From positions 1,984,001-2,048,000 of the forward strand of contig CM102284.1 in assembly GCA_046563655.1 (NCBI GenBank): DNA of 64,000 nt, read 5' to 3'. Within the stretch, counting starts at the first letter, position 1, and every line of letters starts with the position of its first letter. Origin of the DNA: Yuukianura sp. NJ FZ-2021 (taxonomy: Eukaryota). This document shows positions 1 to 11,059 of the stretch, piece after piece. The position numbers and the translations under genes were made by a program. The notes beneath the pieces are model-generated. The model searched no databases. It was not told the origin of the DNA and worked only from the letters and a program-made list of their open reading frames with translations.

Positions 1-284
1 TGTCCAATACATGGAGGTTTTAAACTTTGTTTGGAAATAGCAAGTTTGCCTTTCTATAGTAATCTTTTGCATGTAATTTAAATGGGATTGGTGCATAATT
101 GGTGCAGAAATTTAAGTAACATTTTTAGAAACCCTGAGCTATTGGACAACCTGTTGTAGAATATACAACTCGGTTGTCAAAGAACTTTGCATTACATGTT
201 TTACTAAGAACATTTTTTTTATTGTGAATAGGTTCTAAAAGCTATTGGAAAACTCGACGGAGTGATAGAATTCGAAGAAAAATT

Positions 285-1124
285 ATGAATGGCATGTTGA
301 ACTCAATAGAATTGGCAACAATATTACTACCCATATTCGTATTTGTACTAAGAGTAGAGACAATTCCCGTTATGCTACACTCTTACTGGATCCTCGGATT
401 TCAGAATTCTGAAACCTCCATTTTTGCCACTGTAGTATATATATTAACATCTGTAGAAAGTTTGCTATTCTTGGAATTGCTTTGGATTTGTGTTTCAACC
501 TTTGACCTAATATTCCTAGCATTCCCATTTAGTATTAACAAAACCCTACTCTCATTAATGCAGATCAGTAGCGACATGCTAAGATATAACGAAACCGACT
601 CGCTTGTAATTCTAGAAGGCAGCCAAAGGTCACGGTCGGCAACAAGGTTGATTCAATTGTCGCATATCATTGACATACACAAGCGTATCATTGACCTTTT
701 AGCATCGTTTAATCAAATGTTTTCATATTTGGTGTTTTTGGGAAGTGCCGGAGCGTTAATTTTTACGTGCTACTTGGTGTATGGCTTCAGCAGGTTCCGA
801 GACGACGTTTCAGATGAAACATTGATTCTATGCTGTCTTACTTTACTAGGAGCAGGAATTCGGTTTTATGTAATGATGACACTAATGTGTAGAGTACATG
901 CGTCGTCAATTGAGTTTCAGAGTTTCTGGAGACAAGAACTGTTAAGCGAAACTATTGACGAAGTTTCCGACAAAGCTTTTCGCAAAAAAGCAGAAATTTT
1001 CGTTCAAAATTTCACTCCGACACAATTCTGGAGTGGTGGTTGCTACCGTATTTCATCTTCAACTCTTCTCACATTCTTGTCAGTCGTTGTCACAAATAGC
1101 ATTATACTGCTACAAATGTTTTAA
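285..1124 (+). CDS. Gustatory-receptor-like (7tm chemoreceptor) protein, probably the last exon of a longer gene
   Basis: 279-aa ORF with several hydrophobic helices and C-terminus 'GGCYRISSSTLLTFLSVVVTNSIILLQM', resembling the GR TM7 motif (TYxxxLxQF). The frame stays open back to a possible acceptor at ~231. Confidence 0.7.
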   Translation: MNGMLNSIELATILLPIFVFVLRVETIPVMLHSYWILGFQNSETSIFATVVYILTSVESLLFLELLWICVSTFDLIFLAFPFSINKTLLSLMQISSDMLRYNETDSLVILEGSQRSRSATRLIQLSHIIDIHKRIIDLLASFNQMFSYLVFLGSAGALIFTCYLVYGFSRFRDDVSDETLILCCLTLLGAGIRFYVMMTLMCRVHASSIEFQSFWRQELLSETIDEVSDKAFRKKAEIFVQNFTPTQFWSGGCYRISSSTLLTFLSVVVTNSIILLQMF

Positions 1125-1146
1125 AAACAATTTTTTTCAAACCCAT

Positions 1147-1714
1147 TGTGGGGAGGTATCCCCAAACCCCTCTCAAAGCCTATACGGCTCCCTCGTCCTC
1201 CTCCGCTCCACTCAACAATAGCAGCACAACAATCCCTCTTGTCCCCCTGCAGTTCCGGAGACGCCAGACCACCAGCTCCAATTCAGCAGCCAATCACAGT
1301 CGCCGAGGATTGCATCAGCAACTTCCCCAGCTCCTTCTGGCAGTTTTCATCTTCTTCCTCCTCCATCTTCTCTGGACAGTCCACAACAACAACTCACCAG
1401 AAGAGGACCTCGTCACTCCAGTTCCCAGTAGCCGCCATCTTCCTTCTCCGTGTTCTGGACACGCTACTGCCCCACTTGACCCGGATTTGACCTCGCCTGG
1501 ACTCTGGACAAAACCAGGGAATACCTGGTTGACCGTGCCAGGACCTCTCGACACTTCCACTACAAATTCATTGGCTATTCATACGTAAACGTATCTTTAC
1601 TTTATTCAAATAAACTAATTGATCATTGTAGCCGTGTGTCCCACCGTCCCACCATTTATTGCTGTCGAGTGGCCTTTGAGCCAGTCGTCGGGAAAGTCAT
1701 CCGACTTCCCCTCA
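1147..1714 (+). repeat. 5' LTR (568 bp)
   Basis: TGTGGGGAGG...CTTCCCCTCA with short imperfect terminal inverted repeat and AATAAA near 1609. No difference from 5955-6522 seen by eye. Confidence 0.95.
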
Positions 1715-1716
1715 AG

Positions 1717-1739
1717 TGGGCGCATCAGCCGGGAATCGA
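1717..1739 (+). promoter_or_regulatory. Primer-binding site, tRNA-Gly-like
   Basis: TGGGCGCATCAGCCGGGAATCGA lies 2 nt after the LTR. It closely resembles the complement of the 3' end of arthropod tRNA-Gly(GCC) (TGGTGCATCGGCCGGGAATCGA, recalled). Confidence 0.75.
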
Positions 1740-3160
1740 GACCCGTGACCTCACTTGACCTCTACACAGCCGAAGCGGAATCATACCAATTGGAGCCAAC
1801 CGGCTCCACCAAAGGACCCACCGTGACCCACCCTAATTTTTTTTCATTTTTAGGAAATTTTTTCCATTGTTTCATTTTTTTCTAAAATATTTCTTTTGGC
1901 TAATTTCCAGATCTTTCTGGAAAAGCGAGTTTGGAGCGAGAGAGCCACGCCGCACCAGCCAAAAGCCACGCTCCACACCACGCCACACACACCACATCTT
2001 CAGCCAAGCAGCCGTAGAGCCGATAGCCACGCTCCACACCCTTCCACGCTCCACATCACTTGGCCACGTCATCTTCCTTCGTCACCGCCTCCAACTGAAC
2101 GCCTTTGACCTCTGAGGCAAGGTTACATCAAGGTCACATTGTTCATTCGTTTCTTTTTCTTTTCGCGGTTTGTTTTTGTAGCAAGCCTGTGTCCCTCCCC
2201 CCAGCAACTTTTGGGAAAAAAACACCCCGTCCCCCTGTCCGTTTTTTTAAATTTGCGAAAAGTTAGCGTTTTTTGCAAAATTAGCGTTTTTTTCAAAATT
2301 CGAGTTTTTTTCAAAATAGCGCAGCGCCCCAGCTACCTAAAAGCAGCTCCCCTGAAACGTAGTCCCTATTCCCCATAGCTTTGGCCCCTTTTCCAAAAGT
2401 TTAAGCCCCCCCTGTCCCTTAAATTGAAAATTTTTGAAATTTTGGGTTGAAAATTTTTTTTTGAAACATCCTAAATTTAAAAATTGCTTCCCCCTACCAC
2501 CCCCCTGTCAAAATTTTTTTGAAATCCAAATTGTTTGAAATTTTCGCGCTTTTGCAAATTTATTTGCAAAAGTGACTAATCCCCAGAGTCGGCGGATTTG
2601 TCCGATTTCCTATTAGCCCGCAACTACAACCGTACGCAGGCTTCACTTATCCCCTGATTAGTCGGATTTTTCTGAAATTGGCTCTAATCGTTCCCTAAAT
2701 TAAAAACACGTTGCGTTTTCGTCCTGATTTATTAAAATTAAAGATTTTTGTTCACTTTTCAAAATCAAAAGTTGTTTTGTCGTCCCAAACCCCTGCCCAA
2801 AATTCTAAAAAGTTGAAAAACTTTTAAATTTCACACAGCTACTAGAAATAGTATGTTCAGTTGAGGTCTACCTAATCCTCGGACTTCGTAGATTTTCCCG
2901 CCCTTGCGATTTTCAATCGTACCAAATCCTACTGAAGGTACCCGATAACCCTACGTCTGGCTCTACGGTTTCCTGGTTTGGTTTGGCGTGGCCGCTCTGT
3001 CACTACAGCTCGTTCTATTTTTGTTCACTGTTCTCTTTATTCTTCAATTTTAGTTCTGTTTTGGTGGATTTTGGTTTCTTTTTTGAAACCATAGCCCTAG
3101 ACAGCAGCTCTTACTTTCTCATTATTCGTTCTTGTAGTTTTTAGATAATCCAATCTGATT

Positions 3161-3619
3161 ATGTCTTATAGTCCTTCATCTTCTAGCTCCTTGCAAAAGG
3201 ATGTTACCCCCAGCAAGCGTTCCCCTCTCAACCGGAGAACGTTTGATGACCGTCCCATTTGCAACCATTGTAACCTGAGCGGACACGTGCGAAAGCATTG
3301 CCGTTTCTATTGGCAAGCTCAAGGAGTTAACCCCGAAGCTGCGGGATGTCGACCTGTAAATGGTCGTTCCCGTCAGTTCCCATCAGTGTTTACCGCTTCC
3401 CGGCCACATGTTACCTCAACTCCCCTTGCGACGGGTCACACGGTTACTGTTCCACCTGTAACCCCCCCTGGGATTCCCTCCTCTGCACAGCCAGTCCCTC
3501 CCATAATCGACGACCATTGGGGTCCGTTGATTTTATCCTCTCTGGATGAGATTAAGCGTCTTCTTCAGTCCATGTCCCAATCCCAGCAGTCGCAGTTGGA
3601 AAACTCCAGCGGCTGTTGA
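3161..3619 (+). CDS. Short gag/nucleocapsid-like ORF with CCHC zinc knuckle
   Basis: CNHCNLSGHVRKHC = CX2CX4HX4C, located inside the LTR element. Confidence 0.65.
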   Translation: MSYSPSSSSSLQKDVTPSKRSPLNRRTFDDRPICNHCNLSGHVRKHCRFYWQAQGVNPEAAGCRPVNGRSRQFPSVFTASRPHVTSTPLATGHTVTVPPVTPPGIPSSAQPVPPIIDDHWGPLILSSLDEIKRLLQSMSQSQQSQLENSSGC

Positions 3620-5067
3620 TGCAGGTGCGACAGCCTCAGGACCCTGTTGTAAACCCTGCCCATTCCCACGCTGATCTTGTCCGAAAGTCTAACTTAATTC
3701 CTCGTGTGTCCAAGTCAAAGAAAAGTCGAGTGGTTTCTCGTAAACCCCGTCAAATTCCAATTTCCCCAGAAGAGTTCCTTAAGTCCGTCCAACTCTTTGA
3801 CAAACGTTCCAAACAGTGTTCAAACTTCGTCCCTGCCCCTAACCGTCCTTCCCCTTTGGTCGTTGGGAAAACAAAACCTCAACCTAAGCCGAGACATTCT
3901 CGGTTATGTTCCCATGCCCCCATTGCTCCATCCCCAGCTCACTCAGACCAAGTCGTTCCAGCTCCCTCCGATCCAGAGTCTGGTCCGGTTCCCAATTGTG
4001 CTCTAGTTCCATGTGATACTAATGACCCCACCCCGATTTGCGACACGAATGTCCCCATTGACGCCAAACAGAACTGCTCTACAGGTCCAACTGATCAAGA
4101 TGGCCCCACTCAACTTCTGAAACCGAATGGCACTTACGCTCCTGCTGTGATTGGCCCCTTTATGAAGAATGTATTGTTTGGCCCTATTGACCCAGAATCT
4201 GCGCATGGTCCTGATGTACTGAATATGAATATGTTGTGTGGCCCTACTGAGATGAACACATTAACTGGCCCTATTGAATTGAATCCGTTGATTGGCCCGA
4301 CTGCCCCGATGATATTTACTGGCCCGACTGTTGTGACTGAGGAAAATGGCCCCTCAGACTCAGATGCCGCAATTGGTTTTTCCAGTTGTGTTGACCCAAT
4401 TGCCCCAAATAGCTCAGCTGATCTCCCTGACTGTGTTCCGGTTCCAATTGTTCCAATTTCCCATGCTCTGAGTTTGTCATGTCCCCCCGTTGATCCCACC
4501 GTTAATGCCGTTTCCCTTGGAAACATCCATTTGCAGCAAGCGAACCTTGTTTCTCCAGTTCCAGATCCGTCTAAAGCTCTAGACAAGTGTCCTATTCCGA
4601 TTCCCATTTCCCCTAGCTGGTCCAAACCGCCAGTTCCCCCGAAACCTTGTTTCGATGTCGGAGTTGACCCCTACCAGTTTTACAACAGTTCAATTTTGTA
4701 TCTTGACTCCAAATTTCCCAGTTCCCGTTATTCGGATCGCGGAGCTCTGCTTGTGGAGTTACTACACCCTAAATTTCGGCATCTTTTCCCTGTTGACGCA
4801 GAGACGGACGCAACAGTTTTGCGACGTTTAGTCCTTCTCTCCCGATTCTTGCCAAAAATGCCCACGTACGAATCCTGGATAGCTATGATGACGAAGGAGA
4901 AATTACCATGTCCCCCTCCACGTCCCGGATTCGACTTATCCTCCAGTTTTGATGTCAAGCCCAACGCTGCGAACAACGTTTTGGTGCGTTCGAAGTTCTC
5001 CCGAAGTTCCTCCCGGTCGTCGCGCAACTCTGGACACACTTCAACTACGTCAACGCTACTGTTTTGA
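3619..5067 (+). CDS. Pro-rich ORF2 of the LTR element, unknown function
   Basis: 482-aa ORF whose ATG overlaps the stop of ORF1 (TGATG at 3617-3621). It has ~9-aa 'GP[TI]' repeats and no protease, RT (YxDD), RNase H or integrase motifs. Confidence 0.5.
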   Translation: MQVRQPQDPVVNPAHSHADLVRKSNLIPRVSKSKKSRVVSRKPRQIPISPEEFLKSVQLFDKRSKQCSNFVPAPNRPSPLVVGKTKPQPKPRHSRLCSHAPIAPSPAHSDQVVPAPSDPESGPVPNCALVPCDTNDPTPICDTNVPIDAKQNCSTGPTDQDGPTQLLKPNGTYAPAVIGPFMKNVLFGPIDPESAHGPDVLNMNMLCGPTEMNTLTGPIELNPLIGPTAPMIFTGPTVVTEENGPSDSDAAIGFSSCVDPIAPNSSADLPDCVPVPIVPISHALSLSCPPVDPTVNAVSLGNIHLQQANLVSPVPDPSKALDKCPIPIPISPSWSKPPVPPKPCFDVGVDPYQFYNSSILYLDSKFPSSRYSDRGALLVELLHPKFRHLFPVDAETDATVLRRLVLLSRFLPKMPTYESWIAMMTKEKLPCPPPRPGFDLSSSFDVKPNAANNVLVRSKFSRSSSRSSRNSGHTSTTSTLLF

Positions 5068-5276
5068 GGAGATTGAATTATGTTGCTGCTCAGCTCTGTT
5101 GGACTTAGCAGAGTTCCCTGTCCCTCTGTTCCAGCTTCAAAACCAAAGCTGCAAGTCCAGAAACAAGTTCCAGCCAAGGTCGTCTCGCTTATGGATTTGC
5201 AGTTCCCCGATGGACCCCCAAAACCACCCATAGCTGATCAATCTGGATCCAGTTCCCTCAGTTCTTGGCTCGTGAC

Positions 5277-5888
5277 ATGTCAAAAGTCACTCTGAACCCT
5301 CAAAACCCTGGACCGAGCACTTCTTCACGATCGGCTGCACCAATTCGGATTCTCACTCGCCCAAATCGTCCAGCTCCGTACTCTACTCGTCCCCCATTGG
5401 CTCAAAATTCGGCTCCATCTTCATCAATTCGGCCCCTTTCTTCAAATTCCCGCCAAAATTCCAGCTCCGGTTCATCTTCTTCCTCAGCTCAAGTAGTTTC
5501 ACAAGCTCAAGCAGTTCCCCAAGCCTCATCATCAGTTCCAGTAGCCAGTTCCGGTTCCTTCACCATCCCCATCTCAGCAGCAGCTTCCAGCTCCACGTCC
5601 CAGTCAACGAATGTTCCCCCTGGACTGATCCCCATTCACGAATACGTTCCAGCCAGCGCAACGTCAGTCACTGTTGCCTGGAATACCCCCCAGGAACCCT
5701 CAAACGCTGCTCCGGTACCCCCAGCTCCTGCACAAGGACGTTTTCCCCCAGCTCCTGGACAAGGACGTTTGCCCCACGCCCCGAATCGCCAGCAGCGTAG
5801 AGCTCGTTGGTGGGCAGAGAACTCTGCCAATTGTCCCCCACCACCAAAGAAAAATCATCCCAAGGATCCCCCTCCACCATCTCAGTAG
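5277..5888 (+). CDS. Ser/Pro-rich ORF3 of the LTR element, unknown function
   Basis: ATG at 5277 (MSKVTL) within the 5265-5888 ORF. Low complexity with a basic C-terminus (RQQRRAR, PPPKKNHPK). Confidence 0.35.
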   Translation: MSKVTLNPQNPGPSTSSRSAAPIRILTRPNRPAPYSTRPPLAQNSAPSSSIRPLSSNSRQNSSSGSSSSSAQVVSQAQAVPQASSSVPVASSGSFTIPISAAASSSTSQSTNVPPGLIPIHEYVPASATSVTVAWNTPQEPSNAAPVPPAPAQGRFPPAPGQGRLPHAPNRQQRRARWWAENSANCPPPPKKNHPKDPPPPSQ

Positions 5889-5954
5889 CTTCCCCGAATC
5901 GCTTCGGAGTTCCTCGGTTTGTCGCCGTGGCGGCTCCCTTGATCGCTGGGAATC

Positions 5955-6522
5955 TGTGGGGAGGTATCCCCAAACCCCTCTCAAAGCCTATACGGCTCCC
6001 TCGTCCTCCTCCGCTCCACTCAACAATAGCAGCACAACAATCCCTCTTGTCCCCCTGCAGTTCCGGAGACGCCAGACCACCAGCTCCAATTCAGCAGCCA
6101 ATCACAGTCGCCGAGGATTGCATCAGCAACTTCCCCAGCTCCTTCTGGCAGTTTTCATCTTCTTCCTCCTCCATCTTCTCTGGACAGTCCACAACAACAA
6201 CTCACCAGAAGAGGACCTCGTCACTCCAGTTCCCAGTAGCCGCCATCTTCCTTCTCCGTGTTCTGGACACGCTACTGCCCCACTTGACCCGGATTTGACC
6301 TCGCCTGGACTCTGGACAAAACCAGGGAATACCTGGTTGACCGTGCCAGGACCTCTCGACACTTCCACTACAAATTCATTGGCTATTCATACGTAAACGT
6401 ATCTTTACTTTATTCAAATAAACTAATTGATCATTGTAGCCGTGTGTCCCACCGTCCCACCATTTATTGCTGTCGAGTGGCCTTTGAGCCAGTCGTCGGG
6501 AAAGTCATCCGACTTCCCCTCA
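5955..6522 (+). repeat. 3' LTR (568 bp)
   Basis: Direct repeat of 1147-1714, followed by the TSD CCAT. Confidence 0.95.
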
Positions 6523-7357
6523 CCATACTATGTTAAATTAGTAACTGATTAGTATCGTCATTTTATTCACTAACATGTAATACGAGAGAATATAACTTCA
6601 TAATGATTTGAATCATTCATAATGAAATGATTTGGCAACAAATGCTATTTAAAATTTCATCAGAGTGATTGTAACCATTAGCCGGGGTTTTACTAATATA
6701 TAATACAAATGCAAATAAAACAATGCAATTAAAAAACGTGCTACAGCCTCTCTTTATTACACAAAAGACATTGACTTTGAACATTTGAAAAAAAAAACGT
6801 GTGTCGCGCTAGTCTTTTGAGTGGGCATTAGGAAACTTCCTTGAAAAGCTAATAAGTTTTTCACTTTTTTTTCAAGGTTCATCATAAACTTGACTTTGAC
6901 CTTAGAAATTCTTTTGTGAACGGAATTGACAAATTCAATTACGCAAATTTGCTTTTCAAGGAAAATATATTTTTGCAAATTGATTGTTTTAACAATTGTT
7001 AATTAGCATTAATCCTAATTCGAATTTGTCTTTTATGGAAGCAAAGCTATTGTTTTGTACCGAAGTTCACAAAATCGTAACACTATTACACGTCAGACAT
7101 TCGAATCAACGTGAACTAAGAAACGGTATATAATCAGAACTGCAGTCGCTCTCTTCCTTCAGTTTTGTTTTCAAAACAGATTTTGTTTTGCCTTCGTTTT
7201 GTAACTTTTCAGTTCAATAATTTTTACAAGAACCCGTAAGGTGAGTTGTGTTTCTTTTGTTTGTTTTTTCTAGTTTTTGTTTTCTTAAATAAGTTGGAGA
7301 TTGATAATTCTGACTAATTCTATATGAAAATTTTAGGTTTCTGGAATTCTGATCAAA

Positions 7358-7951
7358 ATGAAGGCAGTTTTTGTATTGTTGGTTGCATTCGTCGGGTACG
7401 CCGTAAGCGCAAGTCTGCCATCAGCTACAACTGCTACTCCTGGTTCTGGTGCTCGTACATTGGTTTCTGTTGATGGAACAACGGCTTCTTCTGTTGGCAG
7501 CCGTAGCTTGTCCAGTGCTGACGCGACGACGGCTTCTTCTGTTGCTGGCCGTAGTTTGTCTAGTGTTGACGCGACAACGGCTTCTTCTGTTGGAAGCCGC
7601 AGTTTGTCCAGTGCTGACGCCACGACGGCTTCTTCTGTTGCTGGCCGTAGTTTGTCAAGTGTTGACGCGACAACGGCTTCTTCTGTTGGCAGCCGTAGCT
7701 TGTCCAGCGTTGACGCGACAACGGCTTCTTCTGTTGGCAGCCGTAGCTTGTCCAGTGCTGACGCCACGACGGCTTCTTCTGTTGCTGGCCGTAGTTTGTC
7801 AAGTGCTGACGCGACAACGGCTTCTTCTGTTGGCAGCCGTAGTTTGACTAGTGCTGACGCCACGACGGCTTCTTCTGTTGCTGGCCGTAGCTTGAACCAA
7901 CAGGAGCTGCAGGCTCAGGCTGCACCAACTACTAAATCGCAAAAGAAATAA
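7358..7951 (+). CDS. Secreted Ser/Ala/Thr-rich protein with ~9 tandem 16-aa repeats
   Basis: Signal peptide MKAVFVLLVAFVGYAVSA and repeats SLSS[AV]DATTASSV(AG|GS)R. TATA-like TATATAA at ~7128, 5'UTR intron ~7241-7336, AATAAA ~7979. Confidence 0.85.
   Translation: MKAVFVLLVAFVGYAVSASLPSATTATPGSGARTLVSVDGTTASSVGSRSLSSADATTASSVAGRSLSSVDATTASSVGSRSLSSADATTASSVAGRSLSSVDATTASSVGSRSLSSVDATTASSVGSRSLSSADATTASSVAGRSLSSADATTASSVGSRSLTSADATTASSVAGRSLNQQELQAQAAPTTKSQKK
7457..7895 (+). repeat. 48-bp coding tandem repeat
   Basis: ccgtag.ttgtc.agtg.tgacgc.ac.acggcttcttctgttg recurs with a 48-bp period. Confidence 0.9.
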
Positions 7952-9055
7952 TTATCTAACACAATTCATATAAATTAAAATAAAGTTCACGATACCGAAA
8001 AAACTTAAATTTAATGTTTTTCCTGAATCAATTACAAACATTAATTATTTTAAGTTACAACCTGGGCAGGGTCTAAATCATCTGAGCCAAACTGCAGACT
8101 AATGGGATTTTTTTTCCTTTTGACTAAATTACCCAAATTTAAAGTGGGTTTCTTAATCGCTCCATTTTAAAATATAGTTTAGTTAATTGTAAAATTCGAC
8201 AATAATTCTGTGAGGTGAAGTGCAAGATGTTTTAAAATAAACGCTCACTTTTATTTCTTATTTTAAAAATTAAAAATTTAAGCATCAAGAGATTAAAGCA
8301 CCAAAAACAAGTCAACTTAACGTAACCGTTGTTAGCTATTAGGTAAGCATTATTAGTGAAATTTTTATTAACCTTTATTCTCTAACAATAGTTTAGCTAA
8401 ACCTTTGGGGTTAAGCCTAACGCTAAATACATTTGAAAAAAAAAACGGTTCCTACACGTTAAGAAACGGCAGAGTTACTATTTTGCCAAGTTCGGTAATA
8501 CCACCCTAAACGAAAGTCATCAAATTTGAAAGCATCCTTTCGTTAATATTTTACACAAGTTGCAAATCAACCGCTAGATAACATTTCATATGCACTTAAT
8601 AGGAATGCCGGAAAGGCGAGAAAACTGCCGATCGATTGTAATTAGCGGTACTGAGGCTGTAAATACCTTATGAGCTACGTTCAAAGTATTTTTAACACTT
8701 TTCTGATGGGTTTTGAATTTCCATGGTTTAATATTTGTAGGTTTAGGTTTTAACGTTTTGGCGTAATACGTTAAATTTTCAAAACTATTATTTCGGAAAC
8801 CAACCGCTATGTCAAATGACCTTGAATTTTTATTAGCAATAAAGCTTCATTTACTCATGGATTGAAAAACACGTCAGTTTCCAATTACTTGAACAATTCA
8901 TATGATGGTGATTGGTTACAGCCTCTCACAAAATGAAATTCTCGAATTGGACAAAATGAACTTTTAGAAAAGTGAGTAGATTGAAATTTTTGCAGGGAAA
9001 CATTTTTGTGGTTGAGACTAAAACGACCTGCCATTCGGAACCTGAACGCCACAAA

Positions 9056-10351
9056 ATGTTCACGGCGGCGGAACTCCAACTCGTAAACTCAAAGTTGAAA
9101 TCCTGCACTAGATTTCCAAATTCCCAGTTTATTTTCACTGAAAATACCCCTAAAGGACCAGTTCTAGACGTTTATATACCAAAATGGCTTGCACGCTTCA
9201 AAGCTGTTCTACAACTCGCCCGCCTGTTTCAAATTATCTACTGTTCCATTGTATTTTACCGCCTTTTACAAGTACAAGGCAACTTGGAGGACTACGATGC
9301 CATGCTTCTAGACCAAATGGCTATGGTTGCCATGGCAATCAAAATCCGAATTTCACAAATTGTCATGGACGAAGTGTTTCGACGCTATTCAGACGAATAT
9401 GCTATGCTCTTTTTTCAAGTTATAAGTTTCAGCAAGATATGCGGTATTCATGATTTTTAAAACAAAGGCTAAAAAGATTGCTAACTTTTTCAAATTTTAG
9501 AGCAAATCCGATCCGAATTTGATGGAGGTAAACCAAAAGCCCCGCCAGGTTTTCTACGGAGACATTTCAAGGTCATTCTCAAATTCCTGAAAGGAAATTT
9601 CATCTCTATCAGTATGTTTTGCATACTGACGGATATTGTACTGGGCAGCTCGCCAATTGTAATTGCAATTGTCACATGTGTAACAGTTTTTCAAACGCTC
9701 GAACATTATGTCATGAATCACGTTCTACTTTTTACATCGCTCTTTCCCACGATAATCAGCATGAAATTTTGGTTGCAGACTTGGTAAGATTTTAAATTTC
9801 ATGAAAATGTTTAAAAACTGAAAGTACATTTACCGTAATGTTTTAGTGTAACGGATTTGTCGTCCAGGACTGGCAAATACACTGTTGAGCAATTCGACGC
9901 CAATCTGAACATTTACCGTTGCGTTTTCCTGCTCAACAAACTGTTTGGGTTGATTTTTGGCACTTTCTTCATCCCTGCATTCAAATTTGTGGTAATGTTT
10001 ATGCTCATTGGCTCTACATTTTCGGCCATCCATTTTGGAACAAGTATGGGTGTAGATGCATTTTGCAAAAACATGTCCAATGTTATTCTTATGGCCACAA
10101 TGCTCATTCCACCTGCAGTCGTCATGTCATCTCTATACACACTCTCCATGCAATTCAAAATGAGAGCTCCATCTCAACTACCGAATATTACTCACCCACT
10201 TGAACGGAAGTACTTGAGGGCTAAACTCCGAAGTCTGGGCATCATTCGAGTCAAAATCGGAGCTCTTTATGAAATGGAGGGAAAAGCTAAACTGACTCTC
10301 ATCGACACAATTCTTAACGGCGTCACTGGTTTACTTATTTCCTTTAAATAA
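9056..10351 (+). CDS. Divergent GR-like chemoreceptor, 3 exons (~9056-9418, ~9501-9783, ~9847-10351)
   Basis: Multi-TM ORF pieces joined by short GT-AG introns. The C-terminus 'LRSLGIIRVKIGALYEMEGKAKLTLIDTILNGVTGLLISF' is typical of divergent arthropod GR-like tails. Confidence 0.6.
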
Positions 10352-11059
10352 TTAATTGCTATGTATGATCGATCAGGTATGTTTTATTATTAATTCAATT
10401 ATAATTAATTCAATCCTGATTAGTTAGTCTTGGACTGAAATAAAATTATTTTTCGGATTTTATTTTTATAAGCCGGATTTTTGTATTTTCATTTTTTTCT
10501 CCAAGGTGAGATTGAGAGAAGAGAGAAAAAGTCTGTACTTGGAGAAATGTATGTGAACTCCCACCCGTGGTTCTTTCCAGTTCTCAAAGCACGATAAAGA
10601 ATAGCATTGGTTTCACCATGCCCAAGCACTCTCCATTGGAATAGGACAAATGAGTCTTGCACGCGGATTTCCTTCTTTCTATTATGCTTATGATTGTTGA
10701 CTGATGATATCTCAGGGCTAACACTCACGTTGATTTGGTTTATTTTTGATTTATTTTAGAATTTTTTTAAAAATGCTTTGACCATGAAACAAAGGAAAAG
10801 TACATCGATGCGTTTACTTTAAATTCCCATTGATTCCCATTGTTGAAGAACTTTTTATTTTTCTGGAAGTACTTCTAGGTTTTTAGACTACCATAAAAAA
10901 TGACGTCATTTAGAAATAACGGTTATTGAGGACAAAGAGAATTTAATTGGATTCTCATTTAGCTGAAATTATCCTTCAAGCAGTGTTCAAATAAATTAAT
11001 TTAGTAGCTTAAGGTTACAAAATCCTGGTAGAACTCAGAATCATTAAAAACCTGCAAGA

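Larger units (their letters stand above)
1147..6522 (+). mobile_element. LTR retrotransposon-like element, apparently non-autonomous (no pol)
   Basis: Two 568-bp direct repeats with TG...CA ends, 4-bp target-site duplication CCAT (1143-1146 and 6523-6526), a PBS after the 5' LTR and an internal CCHC zinc-knuckle ORF. Confidence 0.93.

Noticed and set aside
5674-6396. ORFs reading into or within the LTRs (nef-like accessory gene), including 1146-1588
   Set aside because: No ATG start; two frames are open together in C-rich, stop-poor sequence; no recognisable motif.
7333-7863. Antisense and alternative-frame ORFs over the 48-bp repeat
   Set aside because: By-products of a stop-free repeat; only the 7358 frame has a signal peptide, TATA and polyA signal.
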